From: a virus
Lineage: Duplodnaviria; Caudoviricetes
Direction: 5' to 3' (one strand)
Virus record (IMG/VR): IMGVR_UViG_3300030708_002709
Coordinates: 1 to 30,669 of that record
DNA: 30,669 nucleotides
Below are positions 26,775 through 30,669 of this stretch, piece by piece; the first letter of the stretch is position 1; every line of letters starts with the position of its first letter. Made by a program: the position numbers and the translations under genes. The notes beneath the pieces are model-generated. The model was not told the DNA's origin. It saw only the letters and a list, made by a program, of their open reading frames with translations, and did not search any database.

Positions 26775-26821
26775 TGGGTTGCATTGTAATTCAAACGCGT
26801 TACAGCGCAAACTGGGGCCAT

Positions 26822-26860
26822 AAAAACAGCAACCCCCGCCTGTCCAACGGGGGCAACTGT
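26822..26860 (-). terminator. Rho-independent terminator for the leftward early transcripts
   Basis: Minus strand GCCCCCGT-tggacag-GCGGGGGT followed by TGCTGTTTTT. Confidence 0.65.
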
Positions 26861-26922
26861 CCTTAACCAATCAATGAATATTACTAACAATAAGCGCAGC
26901 GTTGCACTGCTGTAGAACGGGG

Positions 26923-27150
26923 CTAATGTACTACAATGTCCTCACTTTCGTCAACTACAATCAATGGCGGCGTGCAGTCGCAAAACAACGCTGCATCGAT
27001 GGCGAGTTGAACACCGGCACGAAACGCGTGCGCCTCCGGTTCGGTATCAAACTCATGTTGCCGGATATCGTTCCTGTCCAGCAGTTCGGGGTCTTCATGC
27101 AGCATCCACGAAGTGGCTGACAGCCCGTGCAGTGTGGTTACTGTTACCAT
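26923..27150 (-). CDS. Hypothetical acidic protein
   Basis: TGATG-coupled to the RlpA-like gene. Confidence 0.6.
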   Translation of the reverse strand: MVTVTTLHGLSATSWMLHEDPELLDRNDIRQHEFDTEPEAHAFRAGVQLAIDAALFCDCTPPLIVVDESEDIVVH

Positions 27151-27539
27151 CAGTCGAGAATTGTAATGGTTACGGGAATCAAACCGAGTCGAGTGTCGGC
27201 CAAGCGCTCAAAACTGGCTTGCGACAAATCAATCCCCCGTTCAGTGAACCGTTTGTTTGGGCCACGATCATTAATTTTGCAAATTACGCTTCGACCGTTG
27301 TGTTCAACAAGCACCGACGTTCCAAACGGGACATCCCACATCGCTGCCGTGTAGGCGCTGGGGTCGAACGGCTCCCCGCTCGCCGTGGGTTTGTTGGCGT
27401 ACCGAGCGCCATAGTAGCTGGCGATGGTTTCCCATTTTTTAGGTGCGGTTTTTGCGTTTGGTTCACTTGACTGTTCGTATGGTTGCGACACAACCCAAGT
27501 GAATACTGCCGCGCTCAACAATATGGTGATTAATTTCAT
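27150..27539 (-). CDS. RlpA-like double-psi beta-barrel protein (putative lytic transglycosylase) with N-terminal signal/anchor
   Basis: ASYYG...TASGEPFDPSAYTAA...PFGT...INDRGP...RGIDLSQASFERL. Confidence 0.9.
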   Translation of the reverse strand: MKLITILLSAAVFTWVVSQPYEQSSEPNAKTAPKKWETIASYYGARYANKPTASGEPFDPSAYTAAMWDVPFGTSVLVEHNGRSVICKINDRGPNKRFTERGIDLSQASFERLADTRLGLIPVTITILD

Positions 27540-27799
27540 GCGCTGTACTGTACTAATTCCCGTGCGTTACGAATCAGCCAATGCTGATTCCAGCGTGGCT
27601 TCGCCTTAAACTTATCAAGTTGTTCCTGGTTTTTCCAGTTAGCCAACTTGATAAACGTGTTGACGTGTTTCGCTTTCAGCGCACCAGCTAGTCCGTGTTC
27701 GGCCAGCCATGCTCGATGCGCCTCGATGTCCGCTTGAATCCGGCGTAATTCAAGCCGGAACTGTCGTGTGTTGTTAATCATCATAATGCTATTTGACAA
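27536..27799 (-). CDS. Hypothetical protein
   Basis: ATGA coupling to the downstream gene; start may be 27784. Confidence 0.6.
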   Translation of the reverse strand: MSNSIMMINNTRQFRLELRRIQADIEAHRAWLAEHGLAGALKAKHVNTFIKLANWKNQEQLDKFKAKPRWNQHWLIRNARELVQYSA

Positions 27800-28119
27800 A
27801 TTGGATTGCCGTGAATCGCTTCCGACAAGTCAGTCCAGACGCTGCATTCGTATATGAATATTATGTCCTCGCCGTCCCAATAGCTTACGCAATGGTAATC
27901 GCCTATGCGTGCGGTTATCGATGCACCGGCGCTGTCAGCCCATGTTGAAATGTCGCCGCGTGAATACAAAGCAAGGCTTTGACTACGTTCGGCAATGTTT
28001 TCGAGACGTGTCCAAAAGCCAGTGTCGTCGGTTGATTTCGGATCGCGTGATTCGATTATTGCAGTTTCCCAATTGTGGGCCAGCGTGGCCGTGTTTAGTA
28101 GTGAATGTGCTTTAGTCAT
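27781..28119 (-). CDS. Hypothetical protein
   Basis: Tiled in the leftward operon. Confidence 0.6.
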   Translation of the reverse strand: MTKAHSLLNTATLAHNWETAIIESRDPKSTDDTGFWTRLENIAERSQSLALYSRGDISTWADSAGASITARIGDYHCVSYWDGEDIIFIYECSVWTDLSEAIHGNPICQIAL

Positions 28120-28125
28120 TATTCG

Positions 28126-28347
28126 TTATTGGTTGTATTTTTTTTCCAGTTTTTCCGCTTCGGCTTCCGCTTCAGCGAGGGTGTGATGTTCGCTTTCGTG
28201 AACAATGTCCAGTTCCCCGGCGTTGATCGGTCGGCCGACAGTGACGGCGTAATATTCGACACCCGGCGGTTCCTGATAAAATGGCTCCGTTCCGATGCAT
28301 TGGCCAATGTCATTCATGGCGCATATGTCAATTTCGTAGTTTGTCAT
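28126..28347 (-). CDS. Hypothetical protein
   Basis: ATGA-coupled; C-terminal HTLAEAEAEAEKL helix. Confidence 0.65.
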   Translation of the reverse strand: MTNYEIDICAMNDIGQCIGTEPFYQEPPGVEYYAVTVGRPINAGELDIVHESEHHTLAEAEAEAEKLEKKYNQ

Positions 28348-28718
28348 GGTCGAACTCCAGTTGCTTGTTCCAGTGCATCGGCCGCTTGATCGGCAATATC
28401 CTGCACGACGTGGTTGTCGAGTGGGTTGATTACGACGCTTTCGCCTGTTACGCGTAATCGGTCAAACACGTCGTACATGTTATGCATTAAGGCAACCAAT
28501 TGCTGCACTGCCGTCAGTAGATCGGGCGATGCCGCCATCAGTCGTGCGTTGGCGCGTGACGTTTCTTGATAATCGCCGCCATTTACGTTCTCCCAACCGT
28601 CATGGTCTTTATGGTAAATGGTAGCAACGTCTTCACCGGTTTTGGTTACTATTTGTAAACCGTGGTAAGGCTTAAAGACTTCGACGTACCACGGGCCGTT
28701 TATGTGTTTAGTTTTCAT
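28344..28718 (-). CDS. Conserved-type phage early protein
   Basis: KHINGPW...ANARLMAASPDLLTAV resembles the common HTPGPW...ANARLIAAAPELL phage family. Confidence 0.75.
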   Translation of the reverse strand: MKTKHINGPWYVEVFKPYHGLQIVTKTGEDVATIYHKDHDGWENVNGGDYQETSRANARLMAASPDLLTAVQQLVALMHNMYDVFDRLRVTGESVVINPLDNHVVQDIADQAADALEQATGVRP

Positions 28719-28738
28719 ATTATTGGCTATTGCCATTT

Positions 28739-28769
28739 GTTATTACGTATCAAATTTCAGTTTCTTACA
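28739..28769 (-). promoter_or_regulatory. Candidate ECF-type phage promoter B (TGTAAG-N16-CGTAAT)
   Basis: Minus strand TGTAAGAAACTGAAATTTGATACGTAATAA, 23 nt upstream of ATG 28718; matches the copy at 29665-29692. Confidence 0.7.
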
Positions 28770-29074
28770 GTTACGTATAAAAATAAATTATGTCCGCTGT
28801 AACAATCAGCATACGGCGCGATTTTTTTCAGTACACGATCCTGCGCTGCATACAACATGCCCAGCCACGGACATCCGTCGTTTGACGGTTGGAATTCATC
28901 GGCTGCGCCTAACACTGTCATGTCGTGTTTTTGCGCGTAATAAATCGCCAACTTGGTTTTAGTCGATAGTTTTTCAAACCAATCGCCAAGCGCCTCGACG
29001 CATCGATCCCGATCCTCAAGCGTGTCCGGATTGGTTCCCCAATCCATCGAATCAATTTCGTAAGTGATTTTCAT
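28757..29074 (-). CDS. Hypothetical protein
   Basis: ATG at 29074 in ATGA overlap with the upstream stop. Confidence 0.65.
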   Translation of the reverse strand: MKITYEIDSMDWGTNPDTLEDRDRCVEALGDWFEKLSTKTKLAIYYAQKHDMTVLGAADEFQPSNDGCPWLGMLYAAQDRVLKKIAPYADCYSGHNLFLYVTVRN

Positions 29075-29289
29075 AAAAAGTAAGTGACGTTTCCAGTGTT
29101 CCAAGGTGCATTTGCGAACGGAATAAATACGTCGTCGTCAAACACGTAATATTCGTGCTGCTGATCGATTTTATTCCACACGTACAGATAAGTTTTGCCG
29201 TCGCTGTACAACATTGGCGTTTCGTTGCCGCCGCATGCCACGTCGTAATTTGCGTGACTAAACGGCGACCATGTTTTTTGCGTGTTCAT
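29071..29289 (-). CDS. Hypothetical protein
   Basis: ACGGNETPM...YLYVWN...HEYY; aromatic-rich small domain. Confidence 0.7.
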   Translation of the reverse strand: MNTQKTWSPFSHANYDVACGGNETPMLYSDGKTYLYVWNKIDQQHEYYVFDDDVFIPFANAPWNTGNVTYFL

Positions 29290-29307
29290 ATTAATTGGTG
29301 CGGCTGA

Positions 29308-29349
29308 TGCACCGCGATCCGCGCTCCGTAGAACGCGGTGCGCGATGCA
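29308..29349 (-). other. Long intergenic RNA hairpin with cUACGg tetraloop
   Basis: UGCAUCGCG-CA-CCGCGUUC-UACG-GAGCGCGG-AU-CGCGGUGCA; G-U pairs form only on the minus (sense) strand. Confidence 0.7.
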
Positions 29350-29640
29350 CTAGAAACTTTCCTCGAATACAATCCCGTGCTTTTTGCAGAGCCGTTGCAA
29401 GTCTTCCATAAATGCCATTGCTGATTTTTCGTCCGGCGCGGCTGCATTTTGTTTCGCTATATTCACGTCAAACACATCGCTCCCGTCCATCAGTTGCCAT
29501 TGTGTAATATCGCCAAAAAACGAGTCCCTGCCTATTTCGGGTTCAGCGCTCCAGCATTCCAGTAAGTTGCAACCATTATTATAGTCGATTGATTTTTCGC
29601 CCAGTACCCAGCCGTTTGTATTTGTTGTTGTATTTTTCAT
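29350..29640 (-). CDS. Hypothetical protein (96 aa)
   Basis: Start re-assigned to ATG 29640 (MKNTTTN...), downstream of promoter A. Confidence 0.65.
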   Translation of the reverse strand: MKNTTTNTNGWVLGEKSIDYNNGCNLLECWSAEPEIGRDSFFGDITQWQLMDGSDVFDVNIAKQNAAAPDEKSAMAFMEDLQRLCKKHGIVFEESF

Positions 29641-29661
29641 ATTTGTGGCGTCGTGCCGTTG

Positions 29662-29692
29662 TTTATTACGTTTTAAGTTTTCGGTTCTTACA
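29662..29692 (-). promoter_or_regulatory. Candidate ECF-type phage promoter A (TGTAAG-N16-CGTAAT)
   Basis: Minus strand TGTAAGAACCGAAAACTTAAAACGTAATAA, 24 nt upstream of ATG 29640. Confidence 0.7.
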
Positions 29693-29705
29693 ATGAACTG
29701 TACTT

Positions 29706-30548
29706 TTAGTGAATACCAATTGCGATAGTCACTGCCTGGAATTTGTTTAATCCGCACGCATGGCCAGCTTTCGTGCATTCCCCGCATTTGCCGGGGCAAA
29801 CGAAGACGCGATCATGGCCAAGCGCTTTGGCGCTATCGCGCACGCTTGCCGCGTATTCGCGCCGATTGTCGCCGGTCGCCTTAATGCTAGGCACGGCGAT
29901 AAATTGGCCGCGATAAACCGGCAACGATTCAAGCTGTTTTGCCACGTCGTCGCCGTAACGGCTCCCGCTTGACAAATTCAGCCGGTAATTTGACGGAAAA
30001 GCCGCGTCGCCAAATGCACGCTTGAATTGCAAAAATATTGGCCAACTTTTGCTGTAACCGTACGCCGAAATATCCGGCCGTGCGCGTAATTGATCGAACC
30101 AGAAGCAAAGTGTTTTGACGGAATCAATGTCGCCGTCAACGTACAGCCGCACCGTTACGCCGTGCGGGAGCGCTTCAAACGCTTCGCGCAATTCCGGCGC
30201 TTGGCGCAGGATCAATAAAGTGTTTTGGCACTGGCGGAAAAACGCGGCCGGATAGCGCCATGCTTTCAGTGAATAACAAAACTTGCCGCATGCACCAGCG
30301 CCGGGACATGTGACAAGCGGGAGCGCTGAAAACGCGTAAAATGGCAGCTTACTGTTGCCGCGTGCAAATATGGTAAAAGGCGCTTGGCCGTCGCTTTCAA
30401 GCCAATTGGCAAAGCGTTTGGCCCAATGCGCCCACGTTCCCGCCTTGTCGGCGTCGCCAGCCGCTTGAATAGCGCGGACAGCCGGTAGTAGTTCGGGGGA
30501 ATCCGTGGCGACTAGTCGTGCTAGTTTAATCAGTTGCTGGCGTTTCAT
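29706..30548 (-). CDS. GP88-like (radical-SAM-related Fe-S) protein
   Basis: GNSKL...TCPGAGACGKFCY...RLYVDGD...YGYSK...NLS and C-terminal CPGKCGEC...C; start at ATG 30548. Confidence 0.75.
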   Translation of the reverse strand: MKRQQLIKLARLVATDSPELLPAVRAIQAAGDADKAGTWAHWAKRFANWLESDGQAPFTIFARGNSKLPFYAFSALPLVTCPGAGACGKFCYSLKAWRYPAAFFRQCQNTLLILRQAPELREAFEALPHGVTVRLYVDGDIDSVKTLCFWFDQLRARPDISAYGYSKSWPIFLQFKRAFGDAAFPSNYRLNLSSGSRYGDDVAKQLESLPVYRGQFIAVPSIKATGDNRREYAASVRDSAKALGHDRVFVCPGKCGECTKAGHACGLNKFQAVTIAIGIH

Positions 30549-30667
30549 GCGGTGAAATAATTTTTGAGTAAATCCGCGAACATGTTTTCGATGGCTTCGC
30601 GGTCGATGCATGGCAAATCCCAAGCGACGTTGTCCGGCGTCGTCGGGCTGTCAATTTCGCGCATAAA
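30545..30667 (-). CDS. Hypothetical protein, probably 5'-partial
   Basis: ...FMREIDSPTTPDNVAWDLPCIDREAIENMFADLLKNYFTA*; ATGA overlap with the GP88-like start. Confidence 0.55.
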   Translation of the reverse strand, partial: FMREIDSPTTPDNVAWDLPCIDREAIENMFADLLKNYFTA

Positions 30668-30669
30668 TT

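Noticed and set aside
26775-26804. TGTAAC on the minus strand as an ECF -35
   Set aside because: The position 16 nt downstream reads GCAACC; a sigma70-like reading fits better
30625-30655. TTGACA on the minus strand as a promoter for the GP88-like gene
   Set aside because: No -10 at 16-18 nt and it lies within a coupled upstream ORF

Overview
A 30.7-kb segment of a temperate, short-tailed (podovirus-like) dsDNA phage genome; no host genes are seen. 1-18396 (+): tail fibre with an S74 chaperone, small membrane and basic proteins, beta-helix tailspike, adaptor, nozzle, GNAT-like protein and three ejection-type proteins. 18400-20230: attP matching a tRNA 3' end (probably Leu), tyrosine integrase, RHH regulator and divergent sigma70-like promoters. 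20234-26307 (+): recombination/replication genes and a C5 methyltransferase. 26203-30669 (-): small early-type genes. The top candidate system: the 1976-aa ejection protein contains an ECF-like sigma factor (regions 2 and 4), and two early genes are preceded by a shared ECF-style promoter, TGTAAG-N16-CGTAAT. This suggests a virion-delivered sigma factor driving infection-specific transcription. Other points: a two-frame (EcoHK31I-like) methyltransferase, a frameshifted nuclease, a ~300-aa insertion in the S74 chaperone, a dispersed 14-bp motif and several unlisted small ORFs. All family calls come from motif recognition by eye, not database searches.
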